DNA of 64,000 bases from Antedon mediterranea. Its lineage: Eukaryota; Animalia; Echinodermata. Positions 24,541-37,786 of this stretch are shown one piece after another (the stretch's first letter is position 1; each line of letters opens with the position of its first letter). The stretch is taken from positions 8,990,001-9,054,000 of the forward strand of contig NC_092674.1 in the NCBI RefSeq assembly GCF_964355755.1, in the 5' to 3' direction. Below the pieces are notes generated by a model. It did no database searches. It was not told where the DNA came from and was given only the letters and a program-made list of their open reading frames with translations. A program made the position numbers and the translations under genes.

Positions 24541-26581
24541 CTACCCAAATAGAATAAGATAATTACAGAACTGGCAAAAGGTGCAACTTCATGAAATGGT
24601 GAAGCAAAATAAAATGTTTATTAGCATTGATGTTTCACTTCAATGCAAACTCACAGAAATTATATTAGAAAACTGCATTCCAAACTGAAAGCAATGAACA
24701 TACTCCATTATTTTTTATTATCTCAATAAAATTATTGATTCAACAGGAGAATAAAAAACTGTGTTGTTGTGGATATAAACAAGGGTTAGATTATCAAATG
24801 TCCTTAGCAAAAAAACTCATCTTAACTTTGTTTTGCTTAAGTTAATTTTCAAAATATTCTAAATAAAAATACTCCCAAGAGAAATATTCCCAGGAAAAAC
24901 AACTACAGTTTTCTTTTCTCCAGGAAATCAAAATCTGCAAATGAGGGCGTTCTGCAAACCTTCTATAAAATGAAATGATTAAAATACAATGACCAAGAGA
25001 GAGCATGTGTGAAGCCACTATCCATCTTGTACTGTTGATAAAAAGCAATGAAATGTATAAGCTCTAAAACCCTGGTATTCAACTTTTAAAATGAAATATA
25101 ACATGTGGCTACTAAGAAACAAACCAAAATTGTGAAGAATTCAATTTCAGATGAATGATAAGACTACAAAGCCATGAATTCAAACAACTTAAAAGTGTCC
25201 AAAATTGAAAGTTTCAAATGCCTGGTAATTTTTCATTATGCCCAAAGAAATTTATAATACTGTAAAGCCTATCTGTAATGTGCAGTAGCCAGTGTGATAT
25301 AAAACCATTTTTGCCATTGAATACCAGAGTTCTAAATTCTGGCAAACCTGCATGAAATTTTCTCATATTTGTGATAAAATAAAAAGAACACATTTTCCAT
25401 AATTGAATCACAGTTACGTAATTAAAACAACTTCACCGCACAGAACATGTAAAGCATAGTTGATGACTGTATGTATATATAAAATTGTATATATTTATTA
25501 AATTCAATCAATATTCATTATTATAATATATTATTTGTTCTTTTTTAAAAATGTTATATGTTATATAAAATATCAAAAAACATTGAACATTTAATTATTA
25601 TGACATAAGCTTGGGCCAAATAGTGTTAAATTCGGTGTGCATGTAACAACTTACTCGGGTAAATAACTATAGCCTGAATGGGCCCATATTTTTATATTTG
25701 AGAATAACTTACTCTCAATTTGGCCTTTTGTCATGATCTGTAATATCTTTATGTGGTTTTAATAATTTTACAATATAATATTGTGAGTATTAATACATAC
25801 AGTAATTTTATTAATAAAATTCAACTAAAATTAAGAGATGAGAATACAATACGATTTTAAAGAAAGAATTTTCAAAAACAGTTTTAGTAATTGCAATATT
25901 TAAACTATTTTACTAAAATTATTAATAGGTATTAATAAGCATTTTGAATTATCACTATTTTATAATAAATATTAACAGCAATGAATATTGATGATGTATT
26001 CTGTTAGTTTTGTTTTCTGCTTGAACCTGATTGGCTGCTTCAAACGTGGGCTTCAATCGCCACTTGAACACCTTGCGAAATCTTCGTCGTTGTCTCTTTA
26101 GTAGAATTTATCAGTCAATAATAAAAAATGTTAAAAATATAATTTTTAAATCATAAATGTATAAAATAATAATGAAAACATAACACATTGTTCACATACA
26201 TTCAAACCAAAGACCATACAATTACATTATTATTATATTGAGGACTAAAGGTGTCACCAATAGATCTAAACACCTCTATACATCATATATAGATCTAAAC
26301 ACCTCTATACACCATAGTAGACATTTTCTCTGCTTACAAAGGCAAAGGGAATCTATACAATTTAAATGTATATTTTTTTCTATAAAATTTAATCAAAATA
26401 TTGAATAGAATTTGTTTGGGGTAAACCAAACCAAACATTAACAAGCAAATTGTGTCAAATCCTGAAATTTATATACAAAGACTACAAGCTGGCAGTCTTA
26501 TCTTCTTGCATATTAGCAGTCTCATCTGCTTGCTCCTTTAATCAGAAATGGTTGGCATTTATAGTGCAAGAACAAACTTAC

Positions 26582-26641
26582 CTCATTGACTGGTAATTGT
26601 GTTGGAATATCAGATTCATCAGGCCCGTGGATAATTACTTT
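26582..26641 (-). CDS. UNC80: UNC80 exon
   Basis: KVIIHGPDESDIPTQLPVNE. Confidence 0.94.
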
Positions 26642-27040
26642 CTGTAAAAAACAAATGGGAAAATAAATCACTGCGGTTTTGCAATATTGCAATATACTCC
26701 GTACCAGACATAGTTGAAAAATAACATTTCCTGATTACAATTTAAACAAGTTTGGAAATTATTCCTCTATAGTCTGTTTTGCATGTATTCCAATCCATCT
26801 TGTGATTTCAAAGTCTAGCTACCCACAGTTTTTTAGAACTATAGATTACTGTATAATATGATATACAGACAACTACAAAACACCAAGAGAGTCTGGCCCA
26901 AATTCATGGTCTTTCAAAGAAATTTATTTTTTTTCAAATTTCAAAATAGGAAATAAATAGCATGAAAATGAAAATTTGGTTAGAGAGAGTTTCTGGTAGT
27001 CTAGTTGACTGTATTAATGTATGATAGAAAAAAACTTCAC

Positions 27041-27079
27041 CTTAGCATACGGCACATTCGCACTGATTAGGACAGTTGG
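27041..27079 (-). CDS. UNC80: UNC80 exon (39 nt)
   Basis: PTVLISANVPYAK; phase 0-0. Confidence 0.9.
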
Positions 27080-27487
27080 CTAAAGAAACAAAAAATAAAC
27101 ACATTTAGCATGGTAAATATATATTTGAAATACTTAAAATATGTTTTAGTTTTATTCTGTTCATATCTTGTATTTTCATTTTTAATATTACACTTCATAC
27201 AATAGGCTATAAAAAACCTATGCATGATATACTCATGCAGTGGTAGCCATGAGAAATAAAGTGGTCCGGGAACAATTTCTGTTCAAGTCACTGGGTTGTC
27301 ATTCAAAGGCTTCTGTGAAAAAGTGGTCAGGTTGAAACCTTACTGGTGGCTACGCCCCTGTTAGGCCATGTTACAGTATGAACGACCCCCACTGGATATA
27401 AATTCCTCATATCATATAGGCTGTTTTTGTAGGCTTACAAGAGGTTATTTCTAGAAATCTAGATAAACAAGATAAAAGAAAACTTAC

Positions 27488-27640
27488 ATCACACTGCTCT
27501 TTTTTGAGTGTTTGTTTCAAGTCTTTGAAAGTTACTCCTACAACATATGGAATGATTCTCCAGATAATGGAGAGCGCATTTGCAATTGCCTCACTGGCAC
27601 CCGAGTGGGGAGTTCGGCAAGTGTACATTAAAAATCCTAG
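27488..27640 (-). CDS. UNC80: UNC80 exon
   Basis: LGFLMYTCRTP...FKDLKQTLKKEQCD. Confidence 0.95.
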
Positions 27641-27644
27641 CTGT

Positions 27645-28025
27645 AACATAAAAACATATGGGATTATTCTAGAGAAGTTAGAGAGGTAACAGATGGATCA
27701 AGTACAGTACTATTTTTTCAGATTCAAGGATTTTTTCTTTTTTCTTGTGAGTGATGAATTTTGCCTAAATTGATAATAAAAATAATAATGTGATAATGTA
27801 ACATAAAAACATGGGATTATACCAGTGAAGTTAAGAGGTAACAGAAGACAACCTAAAAATTTTGAGTTGGAAAGACGGATCAAGTACAGTACTGTTCTTT
27901 CAGATACAAGGTTTTTTTCTTTTTTCTGGTGAGGTGGATCGACCACCTTTGAGAAGGATAGTAATGAATTATGCCTAAATTAATAATAAAAATAATAATG
28001 TGATAACTATTACAAATATAATGAG
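27645..28025. repeat. Imperfect tandem duplication filling the intron
   Basis: GGATCAAGTACAGTACT...TTTCAGAT and TGCCTAAATT...AATAATGTGATAA each occur twice. Confidence 0.8.
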
Positions 28026-28036
28026 ATTTAATATAC

Positions 28037-28123
28037 CAAATAATTGAATAAAGTGTGGGCCGTTTGGGGTGGCAGTTCACCAACGTGAGTTAGTAACTTC
28101 TTTAGTAGTAAGATTATCTCCTC
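28037..28123 (-). CDS. UNC80: UNC80 exon
   Basis: EEIILLLKKLLTHVGELPPQTAHTLFNYL. Confidence 0.94.
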
Positions 28124-28362
28124 CTGAAATTTAAAATAAAAATTTAACGTTAATTCTATATAAATGCCACAGAGAAGTTCAAATCTATATTGGTAAATTT
28201 ATTCTGTTATGTAATTAACCAAATTAGATAAAATAAAAAGTTTGGAAGTTGGGTTACCACTGAAATAGACTTGGCCTACACCTAACTAAATCATTGCGAA
28301 AGACATTTTTTCCATAACTAAGATGGGGTTAACAACCAAGAGTGGCCTTATTCCACACAAAC

Positions 28363-28463
28363 CTGTTTCTCTCGTATTGTGATCTTTTCCAGAATGTATC
28401 TTAAAATAAGAGCTGGTTCTTCTACCAAACATGACCATAGCACTTTTCCTGCTACTTCACCAA
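28363..28463 (-). CDS. UNC80: UNC80 exon
   Basis: GEVAGKVLWSCLVEEPALILRYILEKITIREKQ. Confidence 0.94.
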
Positions 28464-28826
28464 CTACAGCGAAAAAAAAATGGAGAGTTAAGGCACAACA
28501 ATGATGTCAAAGTAAAAACACACAACCTGTTGTAAAGTTGTATTGAGTAAATATAATGTAGGACAATCTAGGTGATTGGTCATTCTAAGACAAAAGACAA
28601 GTAGGTTGTTTGACTTGGTTCATTTCTGGAAAATCGCAAACAAATATACCATCCAGTGTTCTAGTCACAAGAAATTTGTGTGATGTGAAAGAGTGGTCAT
28701 GTTGAAACCTTACCAATCACACTGGTGGCTCAATATTAAACGTAGCAGTTTGGCATGCATATTCATATATTTACTCTGTATTAATAAATGTAACTGTTTA
28801 TGAATGTTATCATTGAAAATCCTTAC

Positions 28827-28970
28827 CGGCTATTCCTTCTGCATTTACTTCCCCATCATCAAGCAATCGGATCAGGTGCACCAGTGTACTACAGATGCAT
28901 GATGGGAAGAACAGTTGGAAAGTTGGCTGGTTGTGATGGAAACGCTCTGGGAAAACAGCATCATCGTCAC
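28827..28970 (-). CDS. UNC80: UNC80 exon (NAGNAG acceptor; alternative start 28973)
   Basis: DDDAVFPERFHH...FFPSCICSTLVHLIRLLDDGEVNAEGIA. Confidence 0.93.
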
Positions 28971-29155
28971 CTGCTAAAGAAATATTTATGGCAACTTTTC
29001 CATTAACTTTTATCTATTATTTTACATTACTTCTCACAATGTAGCAATACTAATTCAAACATAATTATTATTAATACTTTACAGAAAAATTAAATATAAA
29101 ATATTTTAAGTAACTATTTCAATTATTATTAAACTTTAATTGATTTAATATTACA

Positions 29156-29700
29156 AATGTATTATGTTCGTTTCACACATTTTTTTTTCTTCATAAATAT
29201 TGTTGGTATTTAAATTTAATGGGAAGATTTAATTTAAAAAGTACAAATACTGTAGTACCATAATAATTGAAATCCTTCCAAAGGTTTTAAATTTTGTATT
29301 ATCATTATTTATTATGATTATTAGAAATTCACAAATGGTTGTCCCTCAAATTAAAGATTAATTTTTCATTTTATATGGCACAGTTAATTGTCAATTAATA
29401 ATGTTTACTAATTTAACTATATTAAATAATGTATTATGTTCGTTTCACATATTTGTTTCTTTTTTTTCTTCATAAATATTGTTGGTATTTAAATTTAATG
29501 CGAAAATTTTATTCAAAAAGTACAAATAGTACCATAACAATTGAAATCCTTCCATATGTTTTTAATTTTATATAATCATTATTATTTATTATGATTAGTA
29601 GAAATTCACAGACGGTTCTCCCTCAAATTAAAGATTAATTTTTAATTTTAAATGGCACAGTTAGTTGTCAATTAATAAATGATTTACTAATTTACTAATT
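29156..29700. repeat. About 270-bp tandem duplication
   Basis: AATGTATTATGTTCGTTTCACA...ATGGCACAGTTA occurs at about 29156 and 29428. Confidence 0.9.
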
Positions 29701-32557
29701 TTTATTATTAAATAATTAATTAGAACTTGGAACATGTTAATAAACTACAAATTGCCTCATGAGGAGTACCTCAATGTGATAAGTTTTATATTATCATGGG
29801 TAACTTTCTGTTTCATTTAATAACATTTTATAGTAAAATAACCAAGCCAGTATAAAATGCAAATTATGTCTACCCAAGTAGTAATATGTGTGATGTTTTC
29901 CAGACTATAAATTTGCATTGGTATTTTGAATGCTTTAAACTCTGACCTAATTAGTTTTACAATGTGCTGTTTGTATAGATAAGTTAAGTTACCAAAGGTT
30001 TTCTAGCGTGTTTACATTTATACTGATAATTCTGTCAATTATTTTGAACAATCCGCAAAAACCACTAAAATCACATCTTTAATTTGAGGGAAATCTGTGT
30101 AGGCCTACATTATGTCTTATATTATATTGCTCGTAAATAGAAATAAAATTATATTATTCATTTATCATAGAAAAAAAAAATAGTTTGAAATGATACAGTG
30201 CTATTAAAACAAGACTATTATTTCTTATATATTTTGTGAAAAGAAAAAAAAAAACTACTAGGAAATTAACAACAAATGTGCATTAAAGAAAATGTTTGGA
30301 ACTATAATAATCGATAATTTAATAGTAAAATACAGAGACGATATAATTAAAAAAACATTCTACCATAAAATAAAAAGAATGTAAATTTATTAGTATTAAA
30401 AAATAGAAGAAGTCATCTATTCCTGAAATTAAAAAACATTAAATATAATAATGATTCGGATTTACTAATCATGCATGTGCTGCGAAGCATGCAAATGTGA
30501 TGCAAGAGATAGGAAAGGTATTTCACAAACTGCTAAAATATGCGGTAAAATTCAACTATTAGGGTGAGATTTATTTCATGCTGCAACAACGTTTTACATA
30601 CAGGAAATAATTTTTTTTTTTATTGATGTGTAGGTTTTATATGTTGTCATTTATTTCAGTGAGTGTCCCAACATTTGAAATTATATTTTGATTATTTGTA
30701 TGGTATGTCAATATATTTAACAAAATGTCAATGTTGTATTGGACAATTTCCTTATAAGGTACAATAAAAATGTCTGTTTTCTAACTGATAAATTTAATAT
30801 AATATATGAGTAAAAACATATTCTGATTTTATCATTTACTTGTTTGTTTTTACACATCAGCTGTGATGGCTTCATAAATTAAGTTTTGCCATCCATTTTG
30901 ATTGCTTGCTCCACGGTGCTGATAACAAGGACTTTTAAAGAATATCTGTGGGGGTATGCTTAAAAACTAATCCGTGAACACTACAATAGATGTGTAACCA
31001 TGGACCTATCCATGGTGTGACTATGCCAAGTTGTAGAGTAAGAAGAAACCATGGAAGCAATGGGAAGTCACCTGGTTTGAAGCACCAGACATTTCTCCGA
31101 TGCTTTGTAATTGTTGACATCACATCACCAAAAAGTTTAAACTATAGACCAGATAATAACATTTATTTTAATGATGATGAAGCCATATAATATCTATAAT
31201 ATAAAATGTATATATTCGAGGCAATGTTTGTTTGTGTGCAATGATAGTGATCGAGTTAAACATTATTACTGCAGTTACTGCAGTAATGATGTGTGATTTT
31301 AAAACTTTCAATGTAAACAATAAACAAAATAAGCAGGTTTAAAGAGTAAATGAAAGTCACTTTAGTCACTGCAGTAGTTTTGACATGATCCATCAATAAA
31401 AAGGTTATGAATATCAATTTGAATGATTGTTATAATAAAATGAAACTTAATTAAAATTATCACAATTAATAACCAAAATAACAATATTTTAAGTTTTTGC
31501 AGCAAATTATGCAAATGTACACTGACTGAAAATATTAGAAAAATACAAATAGGTTTTAAAATAAAATTATTATCTATTTTTTACGTTTTTCATGCCAGCC
31601 TAAAGAAAAAGAAGACAACGATTGGAATCAAAATTCTACGTCTAATTTTCTGCTGCATTTAGGTAGAAAATAGAGATGTTTCCATTGCGTTTAACAGAAC
31701 ATTGAATGCATAAAGTACATGCTCACAAAACGTATAGTGTAAAGTTGAATAGCTTTGCGACTCATGGACTGCACAAAATTTGGAAAAAAAATATGTAAAC
31801 TTATATCACAACATGTAATGTGTAGATGCTTTTTATGAACTATTAACAAAAAATTGTGCTCAGATGAAATAATAAATACCAATTATTGTAGAATAATTTG
31901 GTTAAATAATTTAATTTTCTAATTTATATTGTCATCGACCAAAATGATGTGGCATGAAATATTTGATTTTCTGTTCATCATAATGATTTAAATTTATAAC
32001 AATTTTTTGAAGCAAATAAAACATTGGGATAGAAAAACATGACCCCTTTTAAGTTAAAAACTTTTTGGTGTTTTGTCAAATCTGATTCTTTGTTAAATTT
32101 GGAGCGCACCATTTTTGTTGTAACTTTTTACATTTTTAAATGAATCAAATGATCCACTATAAATACAATTTTTTAAATGATTAGATTCTCAACAAATTTC
32201 TTTCACATGAAATTTGTGGTATTTGGCGTTTATTTAAAAAATAATAATTTGGGGATGATTATACGCCCTATGTTGGTTATGTTAGTGTGCAAGAGATTAT
32301 ATTTTGTTATACTATTCTGTATAAAATATTTTAAAATAGTTACATTTTAACTTAATATTGTTTATACATTAAAAAATACATGCAATAAATAAGGTTAGGT
32401 TCTCTTTTTCACATGCAGAAAGAATACAAGCCTCTACAATCCATCCCATGATGCACTGGGACAAAGCATGCTGAGTAGGAATATCTTTAATTTAATGTTA
32501 AATAATTTTGTTGTCAAAAAAATGAGATGAAAATGGTAATAATATGACGGAAACTAC

Positions 32558-32719
32558 CTGATGTATTGGTGTAATTATTGCCTGTTGCAGTACCACCTGA
32601 CCAGAGAGATGCACGTCTTATCGACATGCTTCGAGCACGGTTCACGCTATTGGCGCTGGGGGGTGGGGCTATGGAAACACGGCGTGCCGACATTGCCATT
32701 GACAGCGGAATAGTGTCGT
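32558..32719 (-). CDS. UNC80: UNC80 exon (symmetric phase 1-1, possibly a cassette)
   Basis: DTIPLSMAMSARRVSIAP...RRASLWSGG...; GC-rich island with tag/gtagt. Confidence 0.85.
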
Positions 32720-34472
32720 CTACAAAGCAGATATCAACAAAATGCAAAAAATGGCAACACACATACATACATAGAATTATTTTTATCAAGGGTGATATCG
32801 ATTATTGGAAAAGCAAATGGAACATACAGTACTAGTAATAAGTATACTAAGTAAAAACAGAGGGGTTAGATCATTAAGAGGAAGATTGCGTTAGCATTAT
32901 TATTTGTGATGTCATTCCTGCAAACAACAAGGTCAAGCGTGAGGCTAAAATTTGATACATATGACCTTTGACATTTTAAGTTGGTAATTAACATTCATAA
33001 AAAATATAATAAAGAATGAATTTTTCATCTGAAAAAAAGTTTCTGGATTGGGAATGGATGAAGTTGTCATAATAAAAATTAATTTAATTAATACAAATAT
33101 CATGTAATAAAAATACAATCTAACTGAAGTTAAAAATATTTGAAACAACTTTTTTTAGTTGAATTTTATATAAACTTTCTATGTTTAACAATATTTTTTT
33201 GGGATATTTTTCATAAATTAATGATTACTTAATTAATGAATTTTCATAATCAAAAGTTATGTTGGTTTATTTATAAATTAGTGTTTAGAAAATGATTATA
33301 ATTACTAAATGTCAAATTTAATTATGAAATAATACACATGCATATAATTCAAATGGGAATATTGACAGATTCAATGTAAAATGAAAATATGCAAATGAGG
33401 ATTTACGGTTGGGTCATAGGTTAACAACCAATAATAAAAAAAATATATAGGACAAAATAGTTTACTTGGTAAATTTAGATATTAATAATTTCAATTATAA
33501 AATAGAAATTCATATTATAGAAGTATGACAACAAACATCACATCAACAATTTAAAAAACATTTTTAAAATGATTATTAAAAATTGAATGAATATTAAATT
33601 CAAGAAAAATGTGTAAAAAGCATAAAATTGTTAAAAAGAGATATTAGTCAATAATAATCTGAAAATAGAAATTTTCGATATACTCATAGTAATAGGACAG
33701 TGAAATAAAAGCTGTAAATGGAAATGAATACAATTAAAATGTCAAACATAGTTGATATCATATTTACATTAAAGAAATGACATTATATATTTCCAATTAT
33801 TTTGATTAAAAACAATGTTTATTAACACATTTATCATAGTGATATTTTTTGCAACAGAAATATGGCATAGTTAATAGAGAGATACATAAAGCACATATAG
33901 CAGCAAAGCAGAAGAAAAAGACTGTGAGGATATGTGGGACAGACTAGGGCTATTTAACCACATTCCACACAATCCAGATTATATTTTAAAGCTTTTTCTG
34001 TACACATCCAGCATGGCTGAATTGATTGTAGTCCTTTGGCCAAGCCCAAACTGGATAGAAGAACATATTAATTCACACATTTTAAATGGCTACAGAACTT
34101 CTAAAATCTGTCAATTTAGTAATGGAAAACACCCTCTAGATACAATCATGTGTACACAGTCATAAGTATCTAATTGAATATGGTCATATTATGTTAATGT
34201 TCAGGCGATTCCTACTAGCTACAATTATGCACTAAAACACAAGCAATTTACCAACACGGACAACTCTCGCACGAAAGAGCAAATTTGTCCAAATGTCCAA
34301 TCACTTGCGTTAACGCAGATGCATAATTAGTGAGCGTTAAGCTTAGCAATGCTGCTATACTAAAAGAAGCAAGTAGTATCCAAGTTTTTAGACTAAAAGG
34401 CAAAGCAGGTGACGCACACAAATAGTACAAACTTCTGTTAAAATAATATTTTAAAATTTAGAAATCAACTAC

Positions 34473-34653
34473 CTTCGTCGTCAGATGATGTATGATGGGA
34501 AGGTTCATATGCAGCCTGTTGAGGGACAGCTGCAGTCGTCAAATGGTACGTTTCTCTAGATTTTCGTTTGCGTTCTGCTTCTCTCTGCATTGTCCTTTTA
34601 AACTGCTCTTGCCGTTGGTTTGTCCGTGACACAGCCACCGAAGTAAAGGACCG
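34473..34653 (-). CDS. UNC80: UNC80 exon
   Basis: RSFTSVAVSRTNQRQEQFKR...QAAYEPSHHTSSDDE; phase 0-1. Confidence 0.92.
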
Positions 34654-34934
34654 CTAAGAAGTAAACACATTTTCAGTAGTCTTTTTTGTGATTGAAAAAT
34701 ATTTACGGTGGTGACATTAAATAACTCCTCTTTATTTATTATTTATTTGTATGTTTTATAGGGGACAGTGCATATTTCATTATAAGCTTATTACGTTGTC
34801 CTCTCACACATCAATAACATGTATTTCGAAACTGTGTTCTACCAGATTTTTTATAGTTGTAACCCAAGCACGCTACATCATATTTCAGTTGATAATTCTT
34901 TACACTCTCCACAAAGATAATTCAAATTTCTTAC

Positions 34935-35069
34935 CGTGACCTCTTCAGTAGAGACTTTATCCCCAAGCTTATAACCACTTTCTGGCATCCAGGGTGGTGC
35001 AATCACTGGTATATTTGCCATACCAATAGTAGGTGAAGGTAAAGTAAAATCAATACTAGGTGGCGAAAC
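34935..35069 (-). CDS. UNC80: UNC80 exon
   Basis: VSPPSIDFTLPSPTIGMANIPVIAPPWMP...EEVT. Confidence 0.95.
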
Positions 35070-35254
35070 CTGTAATTAAAATTTGTTTATGTTGAAGATC
35101 TGTCTTTGAAAGAAATACAAATTTTGTTTTACCAAGAGTGGGTAATGTAATGCTCCTTTATATTTAGAGGAAAATGAATGTTTATGGCGCTTATGTGCCA
35201 AAAACAATGATGGCTCTCACTAAATTGTCTTGACACATAACAAAAATATGTTAC

Positions 35255-35436
35255 CCGGAATATGTATGATGCTTTTTCTTCCATCCTTGGCCAGACTTGG
35301 TATCGGAAATGCCAAAGAACCGCAAATCGCTGGATGGCATCAACACGCTGTCCGGAATCTTCATGTTCCATCTCATTGGTTATCATCTTCATTGTTGCAT
35401 CTGGTATCTTAGCTGAGCACATCAGAACAATTGCCG
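35255..35436 (-). CDS. UNC80: UNC80 exon
   Basis: AIVLMCSAKIPD...RFAVLWHFRYQVWPRMEEKASYIFR. Confidence 0.95.
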
Positions 35437-35597
35437 CTGGAAGATAAATAATCAAATTGTGCAGTATATTTTAACAGGATTCGAACCACTAGACACATAG
35501 AATATTGCAAAAAAAATAGAATTGAGATCATAGTTTCTGTTGCAATATTGATTTGAATTTTTATCATGCTTTTGACTTTGATTCAACATGCACTCAC

Positions 35598-35736
35598 CTG
35601 ATGCGCCAGCAAGTTCTTGGTTCGTATCTAGCAATAACTCCCATGCTAGTGGTAAAATATCTTGAAAGATGTCCTCAGTTAAGATAGGTGCTGCCTTCGC
35701 AAGTAATGCAAATGGTGTATGCCAGAGATATAGGGC
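35598..35736 (-). CDS. UNC80: UNC80 exon
   Basis: ALYLWHTPFALLAKAAPILTED...AWELLLDTNQELAGAS. Confidence 0.94.
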
Positions 35737-36017
35737 CTACAGTATAGAGAATTTCTTTGAAACAAATTCTTTAAGATAATGTTATAATGGAGGGTAATAA
35801 AACATCCTTATTTTAAGGTAAAAGTTATTTTCATGTAAAGTGAACGGCATGTGGGCATTAGTATGACCAAGCTATGTCCACTTCCAACACATGAAAATAA
35901 TGTCATTACAAGTTTATACATAAAATATACCCATGTTAGTCTGGTAAAGTAACAGAAAATGAATATAACAAAAAGTTGACTAGAAAGAAGACTAGTGACA
36001 GAACTAAAAAACCATAC

Positions 36018-36218
36018 TTGTGTTTTAAGGTACTGCATTATTTGCGAGTCTTCCTTTCGTGGCCGTTCAGGCTCAAGAGGAAAAAGCAGCGGGTTATGGA
36101 TGAACGAATTTGCGCGACTCGCGTGAAACACACTAGGCTGTCTATCCAATAAAGACTCTTTGCTCTCCCTTCTTGATTCACTGAAGCCACGTAGCATGTT
36201 GGTGTGGTTATTTGAACC
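36018..36218 (-). CDS. UNC80: UNC80 exon
   Basis: GSNNHTNMLRGFS...QIMQYLKTQ; phase 0-0. Confidence 0.9.
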
Positions 36219-36485
36219 CTACGGTAAAAAGACAAAATATGTTTAAAGCCTACACAATAGTTTTTATTTCAATAGTTATTTAATATGTGTACAAAAAAAT
36301 TTACTTAATAATGCCTGAAAGAGGTTCTGTTTGCCAAGCCAGCGCGATTCAAAATTAAGAGTCAGATTTTTTTTAATTGAGCATTAAAACTTTATTACAA
36401 TTTACTATCGCATAAAATAAAAGTTATTTGTACCTTAAACCAATTAAAATTACCTGCAAATACAACAGCATTAGTTTCAATTTAC

Positions 36486-36698
36486 CTTTCGTTTTGATTT
36501 TTGGTCAAATCTTTTGGATAAATCTTCAACATTATCTCGTTCATTCTTAGGTTTCAGAAGGTTTTCCTCTCCGTATATACTCCTTACAGCCTTCATCAAC
36601 CGATAACAATTGCGCTTTTGCCGTTCATAACAGTTTGGATGACAAAATTGTCGATGATTACAGATGAAATTTGCTTTACTAGTAATCTCCACTACAAC
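36486..36698 (-). CDS. UNC80: UNC80 exon
   Basis: VVVEITSKANFICNHRQFCHPNCYERQKRNCYRLMKAVRSIYG... Confidence 0.94.
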
Positions 36699-36749
36699 CT
36701 TCAAAAGAATATATCACAATTATCACAAAGATTTATAGAGAAAGAACAG

Positions 36750-37000
36750 TCGAGTTGAGTGGTCGAGTGGTAGCCACATCATAATCTCAACAACAGGTTC
36801 AGGCTCTCTTGGTGGTAAAAAAGACTTTGGGAAAAAGGAGTTAAAAATGGATATTCAAATGCACATATTGGCTTGTGTTAACTTTAAAAGAACCCAAAGA
36901 ATCTTTCTGATGAGTAGTGGGTTACCCTGGTGTACTTGTTCCTCTCAGTCCCTGCCATTGTGGACAGAAAAATAGGCAACTGTTGGTTACACGACGACAC
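36750..37000 (+). mobile_element. tRNA-headed SINE with Deu-like domain
   Basis: GTGGTCGAGTGGTAG A box, GGTTCAGGCTC B-like box, TAAAAGAACCCA...GAGTAGTGGGTTACCCTGGTGT core; related piece at 58648-58775. Confidence 0.55.
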
Positions 37001-37132
37001 AAAGGGACATACTAAAGTTGTATGTATGTGAATCTAGTTTGCAAGGTTCTGCACATTAAAAGAGACGATGATGATGATGAAAATGATGATAAACAATGAA
37101 CATAATGGTGATAATAAAAACCTTTGAATTAC

Positions 37133-37302
37133 CTTTATCCATGGCATATTCTTACTGAAGTCAATGTCATCAAGCCCTTCAATGTTTGGGGGCGGTATAT
37201 AATCTGGAGTATCCTGATCTTGTGGGCTCTGATCGCTGAATACACTGCTGGTCTCGCAAGAATCGTCATCGACTGATATTGCACTGACTTTACGATTCTT
37301 TT
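37133..37302 (-). CDS. UNC80: UNC80 exon
   Basis: KNRKVSAIS...DFSKNMPWIK; phase 1-0. Confidence 0.9.
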
Positions 37303-37386
37303 CTGTATCAATAACAAAAATTAATAAAATAAAAAACATAATTATAACAAAATATTCCTTATAAACAAAATATTCCTTATAATATA

Positions 37387-37517
37387 TACAGTAGAAGAAC
37401 TCCTTTGGAACACCCCTATTTAGTGAAAACTTTTCTATGAAATATGAACAAAAGCCAATATGTTTTAACACTACTGCCAATCTTTAATCTGGTGTCCTAA
37501 TAATAGGGTTAACTGTA
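37387..37517. mobile_element. Tc1/mariner-type MITE remnant
   Basis: TA-CAGT...ACTG-TA ends; a related fragment appears near 2630-2710. Confidence 0.45.
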
Positions 37518-37544
37518 GGCCTATTGTAGTTTGTTTTTACTTAC

Positions 37545-37658
37545 TAAAAATGATTGATTCTGGTCTAATTCTTGGACTTAATCCTGCTAGCACTGGTGGA
37601 GATGCGACACCCTTCTTTCTATGGTAAATTGGCTCACCACTAGTGCTTGGTTTGCGTA
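37545..37658 (-). CDS. UNC80: UNC80 exon
   Basis: RKPSTSGEPIYHRKKG...RPESIIF; cag/gtaagt; phase 1-1. Confidence 0.82.
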
Positions 37659-37786
37659 CTGTTAATGTAAATATACAAGAATATTAATCATTATATAATA
37701 AGTCTTGTGGGGAAGGGGAGGGTTAAAATGGCATTTGTGAAATATAAATTGAAATATTGTTGTTACAGTGCATATTAAATGATTAC

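Noticed and set aside
24900-24965. 3-nt exon or alternative terminal exon after a strong acceptor at about 24963
   Set aside because: Cannot be distinguished from chance in an AT-rich intron.
33980-34050. Exon after the strong acceptor ttcttctatccag
   Set aside because: No good donor, and the reading frame reaches TAA.
34252-34263. 12-nt microexon (VVRV) in phase 1
   Set aside because: It needs a rare GAG acceptor, and support is too weak without reads.
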